Shown here: one piece after another, positions 1-8,744 of the stretch
Layout of the letters: each line of letters opens with the position of its first letter
Numbering within the stretch: the first letter of the stretch is position 1
Source: an uncultured Candidatus Saccharibacteria bacterium
GTDB lineage: Bacteria; Patescibacteriota; Doudnabacteria; UBA920
Assembly (NCBI GenBank): GCA_964372905.1
Contig: CAYJQY010000002.1
Coordinates: 38,796 to 102,795 of the forward strand
Reading direction: 5' to 3'
DNA length: 64,000 nt
The notes under the pieces: generated by a model
Told to the model about the DNA's origin: nothing
The model's database searches: none
The model's input: only the letters and a program-made list of their open reading frames with translations
Position numbers and translations under genes: made by a program

Positions 1-1
1 C

Positions 2-523
2 CGGATTATTTGGGAGCGCCGGCAGTTTATCAATTTTTTAAACCAGCATGTGGCCGAAATTTATACGGCGATTTCCGGTTTTCACCGGCCCGTGGAAGTA
101 TTTTATCAAGGATCGGCCGGCGGGAGCGCCGCGGAAATTGCCGAACATCTGAAGGCGGCGCTGGGGCAGTATCGGGCCAAAGAACTGGCCTCGGGCACTA
201 GTTTGGTTGGCCCGCACCGCGATGATTTTTTCCTGCAAAGCGACGGCGTATATTTGTCCCCGTTTTCCTCCCGCGGCGAGCTGCGCAGCCAGATTTTGGC
301 TCTCAAGATTCTGGAGCTGGAATATTTAAGCCGGGACGGAGAAAAGCCGATCCTGCTGTTGGACGATGTCTTGTCCGAATTGGATGAAACCCGCCGCACT
401 TTTTTGCTTAAGTACTTAAGCGGTAAGTTTCAGACGTTAATTACCACAACCTCCCCGCTGGAAATGAGCGGCCAGCACGTTACTTTGACTCCCTCGGTTC
501 AGGAAGAGGGTTTTGGCCTTTAA
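2..523 (+). CDS. recF: DNA replication and repair protein RecF, C-terminal part; 5' end lies outside the window
   Basis: The frame is open from position 2. It contains the RecF signature LVGPHRDDF and the Walker B-like LLLDDVLSELD. The internal GTG at 50 is only the first listed start. Confidence 0.8.
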   Translation, partial: RIIWERRQFINFLNQHVAEIYTAISGFHRPVEVFYQGSAGGSAAEIAEHLKAALGQYRAKELASGTSLVGPHRDDFFLQSDGVYLSPFSSRGELRSQILALKILELEYLSRDGEKPILLLDDVLSELDETRRTFLLKYLSGKFQTLITTTSPLEMSGQHVTLTPSVQEEGFGL

Positions 524-643
524 TAAGGGAGAAAAACCCGGGAGGAGATTATCCACAGCGCCGCTACCTTAGTAGCGGCGTTTTTGTTATCCTTAAGGCG
601 AAATTGTGGCTAAAGTAATTATCCATCTTTCCCCGGAGAGGGG

Positions 644-1045
644 GTGAAATTAGTGAATCCTAAACAATTTTTGACCATTGGCGGTATAGTTTTAGTCGTG
701 GTTGGCATCTTGGGCTTTATCAACGTTCTGGGGCCGACTGCCGATACCAGCATCTTCGGCGAGACCTGGTGGTTTGATAACGGAGAAAATTGGGCCCATC
801 TTATTATCGGTGTTGTCGGACTCATTGCCGCTTACACTCTTCCTGCCGCCTCGCAAAAAACCTTGGTGCTGGTGCTTGGAATAATTGGCGTGCTTGTTGG
901 ACTATATAGTTTATTCATATCGGGCAACTTCTTGGGCGCGAATTTGGAAAACCCTGCTGACACTCTCTTGCACCTCGTTGTCGGTGCGTGGGCGCTTTAT
1001 GCCTCTATGCGCAAGGGCGGAGCTATGACCCCGGTAGCGATGTAG
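644..1045 (+). CDS. Small hydrophobic membrane protein of unknown function
   Basis: 133-aa ORF with a GTG start and 3-4 predicted TM helices (GGIVLVVVGILGF and GVVGLIAAY). GGAGAGGGGG lies upstream as a possible RBS. Confidence 0.5.
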   Translation: MKLVNPKQFLTIGGIVLVVVGILGFINVLGPTADTSIFGETWWFDNGENWAHLIIGVVGLIAAYTLPAASQKTLVLVLGIIGVLVGLYSLFISGNFLGANLENPADTLLHLVVGAWALYASMRKGGAMTPVAM

Positions 1046-1071
1046 TTTGAGTAATTGCACTGTTTGAAAAT

Positions 1072-1107
1072 CCCCCGGTTTTGCGCCGGGGGTTTTAATA
1101 TTTTTTT
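1072..1107. terminator. Rho-independent terminator, probably bidirectional, between convergent genes
   Basis: Hairpin CCCCCGG-TTTTGCG-CCGGGGG followed by TTTTAATATTTTTTT. It lies between the end of the + gene at 1045 and the end of the - gene at 1119. Confidence 0.6.
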
Positions 1108-1118
1108 ATGCGGTTTAA

Positions 1119-2201
1119 TCAGAGAAATTTTTTAAAACCGGGCCGCTGTTTTAAGTTCTTTACCAATTGTTTAAGCTCTTCCGCCTCATTTTTATTCGCC
1201 ACCAGGACGGCCTGCGGCGTTACCACCACAATAATGTTATTCAGACCAAGAGTGGCCACAAATTGTTTGTCATGGTAATTATAGACCATGCTCCCTTGCG
1301 AGCGGTGGTCAAGGTGCAGACCGCGGCTGACATTTTCGCGCGGCTTCGATTGCATGTCTTTCACGATTTTCCAGCTGCCGATATCGGCCCACTCGAAACC
1401 AGCGGCAATCACGGCGTGATCCCCGCGAAGTTTTTCGATGAGATTGGCCTCGATGTCCTGCTGCGGCATAAGCCGGTACCAGCGGTTAATGACCGCCTGT
1501 TGCCGCCGCGTGCCCAGCGCCGGTTTGATTTTCATCAATAAATTATAAATTTTCGGTAAATGTTTTTGGTAGAGGGATAATAGCGTGCGCGCATTCCACA
1601 TAAATATCCCGGTGTTCCAGAGGTAGTTACCTTTGTCCAGGAAGCGTTGGGCTACGGCAATATTCGGTTTTTCTTTGAATGACTTCACCTGATAAAGAGC
1701 CAAGCCTTGGCGGTTGGAAATTTTACGGCCTTGCTGGATGTAGCCCATGCCCGCGTGCGGGAAAGTCGGCTTAACCCCGATTTGCAGAGTGGCTTCGGGA
1801 TGCTGCTCGAGATAGCGCTCGGCGCGCCGCAAAGTTGTTAAGTATTTTGAAACCGGATTGATGTAATGGTCGCTCCACGCCGCCACGAAGACCGAGTTGG
1901 GGCGGTAGTGTTCCATAATCAGCGCGGCCAAACCAATGGCCGGCCCGCGGTCGCGCACAAGCGGCTCAATCGAAAAATTGTGCTCGGGGATTTTTGGGAG
2001 CTGCTTCTTTATCATCGGAGCGTAAGCTTGGGTCGTGGCCACAAAAATTTCTGACGGCTTGGCCCAGCCGGAAAAACGCCCATAGGTATTTTGCAGGAGC
2101 GTTTTTTTGCCGATCAGTTTAAGAAGCTGTTTTGGCCGCGACTGCCGGCTGGCCGGCCACAGCCGGGTGCCGGTGCCACCCGCGACTACGAGTACGTTCA
2201 T
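1119..2201 (-). CDS. manC: Mannose-1-phosphate guanylyltransferase / sugar-phosphate nucleotidyltransferase (ManC-like)
   Basis: N-terminal VVAGGTGTRLWP nucleotidyltransferase motif. 360 aa, with overall GDP-mannose pyrophosphorylase-like organisation. Confidence 0.7.
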   Translation of the reverse strand: MNVLVVAGGTGTRLWPASRQSRPKQLLKLIGKKTLLQNTYGRFSGWAKPSEIFVATTQAYAPMIKKQLPKIPEHNFSIEPLVRDRGPAIGLAALIMEHYRPNSVFVAAWSDHYINPVSKYLTTLRRAERYLEQHPEATLQIGVKPTFPHAGMGYIQQGRKISNRQGLALYQVKSFKEKPNIAVAQRFLDKGNYLWNTGIFMWNARTLLSLYQKHLPKIYNLLMKIKPALGTRRQQAVINRWYRLMPQQDIEANLIEKLRGDHAVIAAGFEWADIGSWKIVKDMQSKPRENVSRGLHLDHRSQGSMVYNYHDKQFVATLGLNNIIVVVTPQAVLVANKNEAEELKQLVKNLKQRPGFKKFL

Positions 2202-2821
2202 GGGTTTGGTTGCGCTGGGGGCGGGACCTGTTGGGAGGAGGGTGGGGTTGGTTGCTCCGTCTGAGCAACGGGAGCGCGGCCAACTTGCCGCAACCCCTGG
2301 CCCGGCCCAGCCCGCTGTTCGTAAAGATCCAAAATCAGTTTTTCCAGTTGGCCGGGGTGAGGCACGTTTTCAAAATCAAAACGCTCGGTGGCGCCGGCGG
2401 TTTGAATCAGGACAAAACCAAAGTCGAACAGAGTGCCCAGCACCCCTTTAGTGTGACTGGTTACGTCTTCAATTTTGTCGATGTGCAATTCTGACACTGC
2501 GTGGCTAAATATTCCGTCTTGATCCACATCAACAATTCTTAAATTGGTAATGATGTGGATATTAAGATAGTATAAAATGAAAATTAAAAATAGGCTGAGC
2601 AACAGAAAAATCAGATAAACTTCGGTAAAAATTTTGGTGATGATTCCGAGTTGGCCTTCAAATAACACCGGAGCCGAGGCCGGCGCAAAAAGGTAAAATA
2701 ATATAGGGATGAGTAAAAAAATAAGCCAAATTAATAGCTTTAGCGCCAGCAAGACCCAATGCTCGCGCACCACAATATAGATCTTTTCTTCCGGCATTTG
2801 GCTGGGAAAAAGTCTGCGCAT
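2198..2821 (-). CDS. Membrane protein with bacterial PH (YdbT/bPH_2-like) domain and a Pro/Gln-rich C-terminal tail
   Basis: Two TM helices followed by a bPH-like region (NLRIVDVDQDGIFSHAVSELHIDKIED). It overlaps the manC start by 4 bp. Confidence 0.5.
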   Translation of the reverse strand: MRRLFPSQMPEEKIYIVVREHWVLLALKLLIWLIFLLIPILFYLFAPASAPVLFEGQLGIITKIFTEVYLIFLLLSLFLIFILYYLNIHIITNLRIVDVDQDGIFSHAVSELHIDKIEDVTSHTKGVLGTLFDFGFVLIQTAGATERFDFENVPHPGQLEKLILDLYEQRAGPGQGLRQVGRAPVAQTEQPTPPSSQQVPPPAQPNP

Positions 2822-2832
2822 GTTGGGGTCGC

Positions 2833-3039
2833 TTAAAGGGTTTGGAGAGAATTATAAGAGGAGAAAAGCAAGACAAGAAAAATTACAATATAGAGAGCGC
2901 TGGTAATAAGCGCAAGGCCTTGAGTTTTGCCATAGCGGATAAAAATATAAATCCCAAAAGCGCTTAATACGGCGAGCGGGATTAATAAAATATAATAAAT
3001 TATTGTGACTACGATGCGGGTAAGTTCTGTGCTGTCCAT
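2833..3039 (-). CDS. Small two-TM membrane protein, hypothetical
   Basis: 68-aa hydrophobic ORF packed between ruvB and the PH-domain gene on the same strand. Confidence 0.4.
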   Translation of the reverse strand: MDSTELTRIVVTIIYYILLIPLAVLSAFGIYIFIRYGKTQGLALITSALYIVIFLVLLFSSYNSLQTL

Positions 3040-3044
3040 ATGGG

Positions 3045-4085
3045 CTACAACATGGTTGATTGGCTTGCTCTTGTCGGCGGAATTTTGCCGAGGTGGCGGT
3101 AAGTCAATTCCGTGGCCTGCCGCCCTTTCGGTGTTCGCGCGAGCAGGCCGAGGCGGATGAGAAATGGTTCATAGACATCATTGATGGTATCCATTTCTTC
3201 TCCGGTGGCCGCGGCCAGCGTATTCAATCCCACCGGCCCGCCGCTGAATTTGTCCACGAGAATTTCCAGCATCTGGCGGTCATGCTTATCCAGTCCGAAC
3301 GTGTCGATGCCGAGCTGCTGCAGCGCCTCAACGGCCAATGGCATGCTAATTGTAGCATGGCGTCCAACCTGGGCAAAGTCGCGCACGCGTTTGAGCAGCC
3401 GGTTGGCAATGCGCGGCGTGAACCGGCTGCGCTTGGCCAATTCCAGGCCGGCTTGATCATCGATTTTAATTTTAAGCAGGTTGGCCGAGCGTTTGACAAT
3501 GCGCTGCAATTCTTCGGGTTCATAGTAGTCAAGATGATAAGTGATGCCGAAGCGGTCGCGTAGCGGGGCGGACAGGAGACCCACGCGCGTGGTCGCGCCA
3601 ATCAAGGTGAACTTGGGCAGGTCCATGCGGATGCCGCGCGCACCCGGCCCCTTGCCCAAAATAATGTCGAGCACCCCGTCTTCCATGGCCGGATACAAGA
3701 CTTCTTCCACCACTTTATTGAGCCGGTGCATCTCATCTATAAATAAGATGTCGCCTTCGTTCAAATTAGTGAGGAGCGAGGCCAAATCTCCAGCCCGCTC
3801 AATGGCCGGCCCGGAAGTGGTGCGTACGTTGGCGCCCATCTCGCGGCCAATGATGAGGGCCAAAGTGGTTTTGCCCAAACCCGGCGGCCCGTACAAAAGA
3901 ATGTGCTCCAGCAATTCCTTGCGGCCGCGCGCCGCTTTCATGACAATGGCTAAATTCGCCTTCAAGGATTCCTGTCCCACAAATTCCTCAAGTTCAGTGG
4001 GACGCAAAGTCTTGTCCAGAATGATTTCATCCTGGCTGTCCGGCTCGGCGGCAAGCGCAGCGGCTTTTGTAGTTTTGATAGCCAT
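3045..4085 (-). CDS. ruvB: Holliday junction branch migration ATPase RuvB
   Basis: Walker [14 protein letters not shown] and Walker [11 protein letters not shown]. The RuvB-type C-terminal winged helix is present. 346 aa. Confidence 0.95.
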   Translation of the reverse strand: MAIKTTKAAALAAEPDSQDEIILDKTLRPTELEEFVGQESLKANLAIVMKAARGRKELLEHILLYGPPGLGKTTLALIIGREMGANVRTTSGPAIERAGDLASLLTNLNEGDILFIDEMHRLNKVVEEVLYPAMEDGVLDIILGKGPGARGIRMDLPKFTLIGATTRVGLLSAPLRDRFGITYHLDYYEPEELQRIVKRSANLLKIKIDDQAGLELAKRSRFTPRIANRLLKRVRDFAQVGRHATISMPLAVEALQQLGIDTFGLDKHDRQMLEILVDKFSGGPVGLNTLAAATGEEMDTINDVYEPFLIRLGLLARTPKGRQATELTYRHLGKIPPTRASQSTML

Positions 4086-4123
4086 GGATTAGATATATGA
4101 TATTTTCCGGCCTAGGCATAATG

Positions 4124-5590
4124 TTAAAATTTAATCCGCTCCAAAAACTTCGCCAGCGTGGCAATCATTACGCCTGTGGCGCCATCCGGGTCCGAGGCCG
4201 TGCCGGCAATATCAAGATGGATCCATGGCGTATTATCTTCGATAAATTCTTTGATGAACAGCGCGCCGATTGTGGCGTCCACCCGTTGCTTACCGATGTT
4301 GGCCATATCGGCGATTTTGCTTTTCAGGTCCTCGGCATATTTAGGGAACAAGGGCATAAAGTGAATGGGCTCCCCGGCCTGCCGGCTGGCGGCCAAAAGC
4401 TGCTGGTTGAATTTTTCGCTGTTGCCGAAGGCGCCGGTGATTTTATTGCCCAGCGCCACGATGATTGCTCCGGTCAGAGTGGCTAAATCAATAATCAATT
4501 GAGGATGATAATTGCGCTGGACATAAGTTAAAGCATCGCTAAGGACTATCCGGCCCTCGGCATCGGTGTTTATCACCTCTACAGTTTTTCCTGAATAAGT
4601 TTTGACCACATCGCCCGGCTTAATAGCCTTGCCCGAGGGTAAATTTTCCGTGGCGGCAATGGCGCCAATGATGCGGAACGGCAATTTGAGCCGGCTGGCA
4701 ATTTGCACCAGAGCTAAAACCGTGGCACCGCCGGCCATATCGAATTTCATTTCATGCATGTCTTTTGACGGCTTGATCGAAATGCCGCCACTGTCAAAGG
4801 TAACGCCTTTGCCTACCAGCCCCACAGATTTTTTGCCGGCCGATTTTTTGCCCTTGGGATGGTAATCGAGCACAATGAGTTGAGCCTCTTCATCCGATCC
4901 GCGCGACACGCCTAAGATTCCGCCCATACCGAGTTTCTCCATGTCTTTTTCGCCAAGGATTTTAACGCCAAAGCCATGCTGCCTGCCCTGTGTTTGCGCC
5001 ACGCCGGCCAGGAATTTGGGTGTCATGACATTAGCCGGGTGGTTGGCCAGATTGCGAACCAGCCACACCGCCTCGCCCACGATTTGCGCCTTGGCCACTT
5101 CGCGTTTTAAGTCGCTGTCGGAAAACAAAATCAGCTCGTCCAGTTTGTTTTTTTCGTCGTCTTCAACTTTCGAGCGGTGTTCATGAAATTCGTAGAGTAG
5201 CCGGTACAAGACGACAATCAGCCAGCTGGCCACGAATTTTTCGCTGCCCGGCGAAAGGACCATGCCGGTGGTTTTTGCTTTGCGCAACACCCCGGCCAGG
5301 TTTTTGAAAGTTTCTTCCAATTCGGTTTGCGCGGGCTTGTCCCCGCCCATCTCGACCAGAGCCACGCGCCGTGCCGGCACGCCTTCGCTCAAGCCGGGAT
5401 AAAAAATGACGTAGGAACCCGGCTTGGCTTTAAGGTCATCAAGTTCCAGATGGTGTTTTAGCATGACGAGATTCAGATTTTTAAGCCGGGCCAGGGATTT
5501 GGGCAGGCGTTTGCGCACCACGGGAATGATGAGCAGATCAAGGATTTTGGTTTTCGGCAGGGCCGCGGTTTTTTGAATGGAGATATTCAT
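4124..5590 (-). CDS. pepA: Leucyl aminopeptidase (M17 family)
   Basis: M17 signature NTDAEGRIVLSDALTY and the conserved metal-binding region VGKGVTFDSGG. Confidence 0.9.
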   Translation of the reverse strand: MNISIQKTAALPKTKILDLLIIPVVRKRLPKSLARLKNLNLVMLKHHLELDDLKAKPGSYVIFYPGLSEGVPARRVALVEMGGDKPAQTELEETFKNLAGVLRKAKTTGMVLSPGSEKFVASWLIVVLYRLLYEFHEHRSKVEDDEKNKLDELILFSDSDLKREVAKAQIVGEAVWLVRNLANHPANVMTPKFLAGVAQTQGRQHGFGVKILGEKDMEKLGMGGILGVSRGSDEEAQLIVLDYHPKGKKSAGKKSVGLVGKGVTFDSGGISIKPSKDMHEMKFDMAGGATVLALVQIASRLKLPFRIIGAIAATENLPSGKAIKPGDVVKTYSGKTVEVINTDAEGRIVLSDALTYVQRNYHPQLIIDLATLTGAIIVALGNKITGAFGNSEKFNQQLLAASRQAGEPIHFMPLFPKYAEDLKSKIADMANIGKQRVDATIGALFIKEFIEDNTPWIHLDIAGTASDPDGATGVMIATLAKFLERIKF

Positions 5591-5612
5591 AGATGGTAAT
5601 TAATAATAGTTT

Positions 5613-6851
5613 TTAAGTTGAAGGGGTGGGCGCCACGGGCGGCGTTGTCGGCGCAGGCGGTGTCGGAGGAGTTTCCGGCTTATGGAAGAGCGCCGGCGAA
5701 CGATAAGTGGATTGGAATGAATCCTTCCGCCTTTCGCCGTTGGCCAGAGTTACGGTGCGGTTCCAGTAGGCCTTCATCGAACCGTCGACTTTGCGGTCAT
5801 ATTGGACCGGCTTTTCGACAACAATTTCCCGGCCGTCTTTGGTGCCGTAAAAATCAAACACCAACATGGCCTCGTCCTTTATGTAAGGCCAGACTAGAAT
5901 CGTGCTGGGAGTGTCGTTTCTGAATTTCAGGTCAATGCCGCCGCAATAGGTGGTGGCATCGCTGCCCTGCGGCGCATAATACTGGACGGCATAGGAATGA
6001 TTCCTACGCTGGGTCACAGGCAAACCGGAATTAATAACAGCCCGAAACAGGGTTGATGAAACTTGGCACAAGCCGCCGCCGTATTCAGGCGTGGTGCCGG
6101 TGGCTAAAATAACCAGCTCGGGCAAATAGCCGCCGGATTTATCCACCGGACAAATGTTTTTATTGAAACTGAACTCTTCTCCGGGTTTAATTATGGTTCC
6201 CTTGAGTTTTTCTATCCCGGCTTTAATGTTGTGAATGCGATTTCTCGGACTGCCCTTAAAATTTGATTCGCCTCGGCCGATTAGTTCCTTAATCCCGAGA
6301 TTGTTGAGCGCGCCGAGCGTGGTTTTCGGCGGCGTGGAGCGCACGGCCAGCGCGGCCGTGATGCTCTTGGCTTTCAGCGCCGCCAAAATATTGAGCGCGG
6401 TCTGGCGGGCGTCGAGGACTTGGCCCGGCATGGGCGGCTGGAAAGTTACGGCCCGGGAGCCCACAATTTTCAGAGCAGGTTCCTGGGGCGTGGCCGCGAG
6501 GTTAGACGCCAGCGCAGACGCCCAGTCATAGACGCGCTCCGGATCGTGATAATAAACAACTTGCTCTGGCGTTTGAGCCGGGCTGCTGCCTGCTAAGTAA
6601 ATTTGTTTCAGCTGCTCCAGAGTTGGCGTGGTCTGTTCGATGATGCTGCGGGCGGGCAAATTGACGCGTTTGGCCCAAGATTGCGCCAGTGCGCTGTCAA
6701 GCGTAAAGCGCGAAGTGTTATTTTCTATAACCAAATCAGCGGCGGCGGCTCGGGCCGAACCGTGATTCAAGCCAAAGCCGGCAATCATTGCACACGCGAC
6801 GATTGATCCGGTCAGAAGATATTTTTGATAGTATTGATTAGTTTTTATCAT
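5613..6851 (-). CDS. VanW family protein with N-terminal signal/TM and a Pro/Thr-rich C-terminal tail
   Basis: VanW core GEEFSFN...GGGLCQVSSTLFRAV...TYCGGIDLKFRND. An N-terminal hydrophobic segment is present, and the C-terminus is PETPPTPPAPTTPPVAPTPST. Confidence 0.7.
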   Translation of the reverse strand: MIKTNQYYQKYLLTGSIVACAMIAGFGLNHGSARAAAADLVIENNTSRFTLDSALAQSWAKRVNLPARSIIEQTTPTLEQLKQIYLAGSSPAQTPEQVVYYHDPERVYDWASALASNLAATPQEPALKIVGSRAVTFQPPMPGQVLDARQTALNILAALKAKSITAALAVRSTPPKTTLGALNNLGIKELIGRGESNFKGSPRNRIHNIKAGIEKLKGTIIKPGEEFSFNKNICPVDKSGGYLPELVILATGTTPEYGGGLCQVSSTLFRAVINSGLPVTQRRNHSYAVQYYAPQGSDATTYCGGIDLKFRNDTPSTILVWPYIKDEAMLVFDFYGTKDGREIVVEKPVQYDRKVDGSMKAYWNRTVTLANGERRKDSFQSTYRSPALFHKPETPPTPPAPTTPPVAPTPST

Positions 6852-7281
6852 AACTAAAATATATGTAGGAGGTACAGGCCGGGAGCTTGGATCGGATTTT
6901 ATTGGCCCATTCGATTACGGTTACGGTGTCGGGCTTGCCCCATAGTTCAGTTAGGCCCAAGGTTTCCACCTCGCGCCAGCCGTGGGTGCGGTAGAGGTCG
7001 AGATGATATAAAGTTATGCGTTTGGGCGGTTTAGCTCTGGTTTTGCTTCCGGCTTTGGTTTTTTCAGGGAGCCGGGCAGAAAATTTTTGCAACAAGATAA
7101 ACGTAGGACTGGCAATCCGGCGCCGAACGCCCAGGGCCCGACCCAGCGCTTGAGTAAAGGTGGTTTTGCCCGCGCCGAGCGGCCCTGTGAGAGCTAAAAT
7201 TTCGCCGCCGCGCAAGATTTGAGCCATGGATCGGCCAGCGGCCGCCGCTCCGGACAGCTTCACTTTTATAAGCTTGCACAT
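6838..7281 (-). CDS. tsaE: tRNA threonylcarbamoyladenosine biosynthesis protein TsaE
   Basis: P-loop GPLGAGKTTFTQ plus the YjeE-type motifs SPTFIL and LYHLDLYR. Confidence 0.85.
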   Translation of the reverse strand: MCKLIKVKLSGAAAAGRSMAQILRGGEILALTGPLGAGKTTFTQALGRALGVRRRIASPTFILLQKFSARLPEKTKAGSKTRAKPPKRITLYHLDLYRTHGWREVETLGLTELWGKPDTVTVIEWANKIRSKLPACTSYIYFSYDKN

Positions 7282-7341
7282 AGTATATTCTAGCGGGATT
7301 GACCGATTAAGTAAACTTCGCTATAGTATGAAATCACGTTT

Positions 7342-8592
7342 ATGGAACTTTCAATTACCCAACAATTTTTTGATTCGATAAAAAAGGCCAAGTCCATCAT
7401 TATCGCCCTGCCCCAGCATTTTAGTGTTGATGCGGTTACCAGTGGTTTGGGTTTGAGCATGTTTTTGCGGCAGCTTGGGAAGCAGGCGGTTTTGGCCGGC
7501 AGCGGCCAGGTGCCTTCAGTGCGCTGGGACTTTTTGCCCGAACCCCCCGTCATCATTCCTGAATTATCCAGCGGCAAACAGTTGGTAGTTACAGTTGACA
7601 CCCGCGACCGTACACTCGACGAGTTGAGCTATCAGACCGACGCGGACAAGTTTGAAATTTTTCTCAAGGCCAAGCAGGGCAGTTTTGTACCCGAGGATGT
7701 GACCGTTGCCAATCGCAATGGGCAGTATGATCTGATTATCACTCTCGGGGCGGCTTCTTTGGACGATCTCGGCGCGCTGTATCAGAACCACGCCGAGTTA
7801 TTTTTTGGTTTACCCAAGATCAATATTGATATAAAGCCGGATAATGAATATTTTGGTACGATCAATTTGGTTGATGTGACTGTCAGCTCCTTGGCCGAAT
7901 TTCTGGCGGTCACGTTAGGCGCGAATGAATTGGGCCAGGAGATTGGCGGAGATGTGGCCACCTGTTTTTTGGCCGGCATCATCGCCAAAACGCACAGTTT
8001 TCAGCAGCCGCAGACTACGCCGCAGACTTTGACGGTCGCGGCCGATCTCATTCAGCGCGGCGCCCGGCAGCAGGATATTATTGTCAGCTTGTATAAGACC
8101 AAAGATTTTTCTTTATTGAAACTGTGGGGTCGCGCCTTGGCGCGTTTGCAAACCGACGAAGCCCACTCTCTGCTTTATACGATTTTAAGTTCTGATGACT
8201 TCGCCCGGGCCCAGAGCGGCCCGGAGCAGCTGACGGCCGTGCTGCGCGAGTTCATCGACAACGTCAGCGGCTATCAAGTTTTGGCGGTAATGGGGGAGAT
8301 AGGCGACGGTCAGTCCGGAGGTACGGCTGCCGGCGCGGCAGGTTCCGGCGGCGGAGCCGCTGGGGCTGGGGTTGATGTTGGCGCGCCCGACAAAGGCGTA
8401 CGCATTCTTATTGCCGCACCCCCGCACATTTCTTTGAGCCGCTTGGCCCAGGAACTCTCGGGAGGGCAGCAGCCTCAGCCGGCCCAATCCCTGCGTGGCG
8501 CGCATCAGTTCGTGTCAGTTGACCTGCCCGGGACCACGTTGGCCGAGGCCGGAGCCGCCTTGCTTAAGGCAATGGTTCAGAGCGCGACGTAG
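7342..8592 (+). CDS. DHH/DHHA1-family phosphoesterase-like protein (NrnA-like) with degenerate catalytic motifs
   Basis: NrnA-like N-terminal layout (IIIALPQHFSVDAVTSGLGL), but the DHH triad position reads DIKPDNEY. The DHHA1 GGGH motif is replaced by a Gly/Ala-rich insert GSGGGAAGAG. Confidence 0.5.
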   Translation: MELSITQQFFDSIKKAKSIIIALPQHFSVDAVTSGLGLSMFLRQLGKQAVLAGSGQVPSVRWDFLPEPPVIIPELSSGKQLVVTVDTRDRTLDELSYQTDADKFEIFLKAKQGSFVPEDVTVANRNGQYDLIITLGAASLDDLGALYQNHAELFFGLPKINIDIKPDNEYFGTINLVDVTVSSLAEFLAVTLGANELGQEIGGDVATCFLAGIIAKTHSFQQPQTTPQTLTVAADLIQRGARQQDIIVSLYKTKDFSLLKLWGRALARLQTDEAHSLLYTILSSDDFARAQSGPEQLTAVLREFIDNVSGYQVLAVMGEIGDGQSGGTAAGAAGSGGGAAGAGVDVGAPDKGVRILIAAPPHISLSRLAQELSGGQQPQPAQSLRGAHQFVSVDLPGTTLAEAGAALLKAMVQSAT

Positions 8593-8744
8593 CCAAAAGC
8601 AACAATTTCATCTATTTTGTTATCTGTCTGCCTGCTGGTATACTATTATTATAGAATGGCCCGCATCTCACGATATTATAGAGCGGCACTGTAATTATAG
8701 AGCGGCACAACAGTATTTAAAAGAAACCAAAAAGAGCTTATAAA

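Noticed and set aside
3060-4092. Plus-strand ORFs 3060..3563 and 3541..4092 opposite ruvB.
   Set aside because: They are antisense to a well-supported ruvB. The compositions are Arg/Ser/Ala-rich artefacts.
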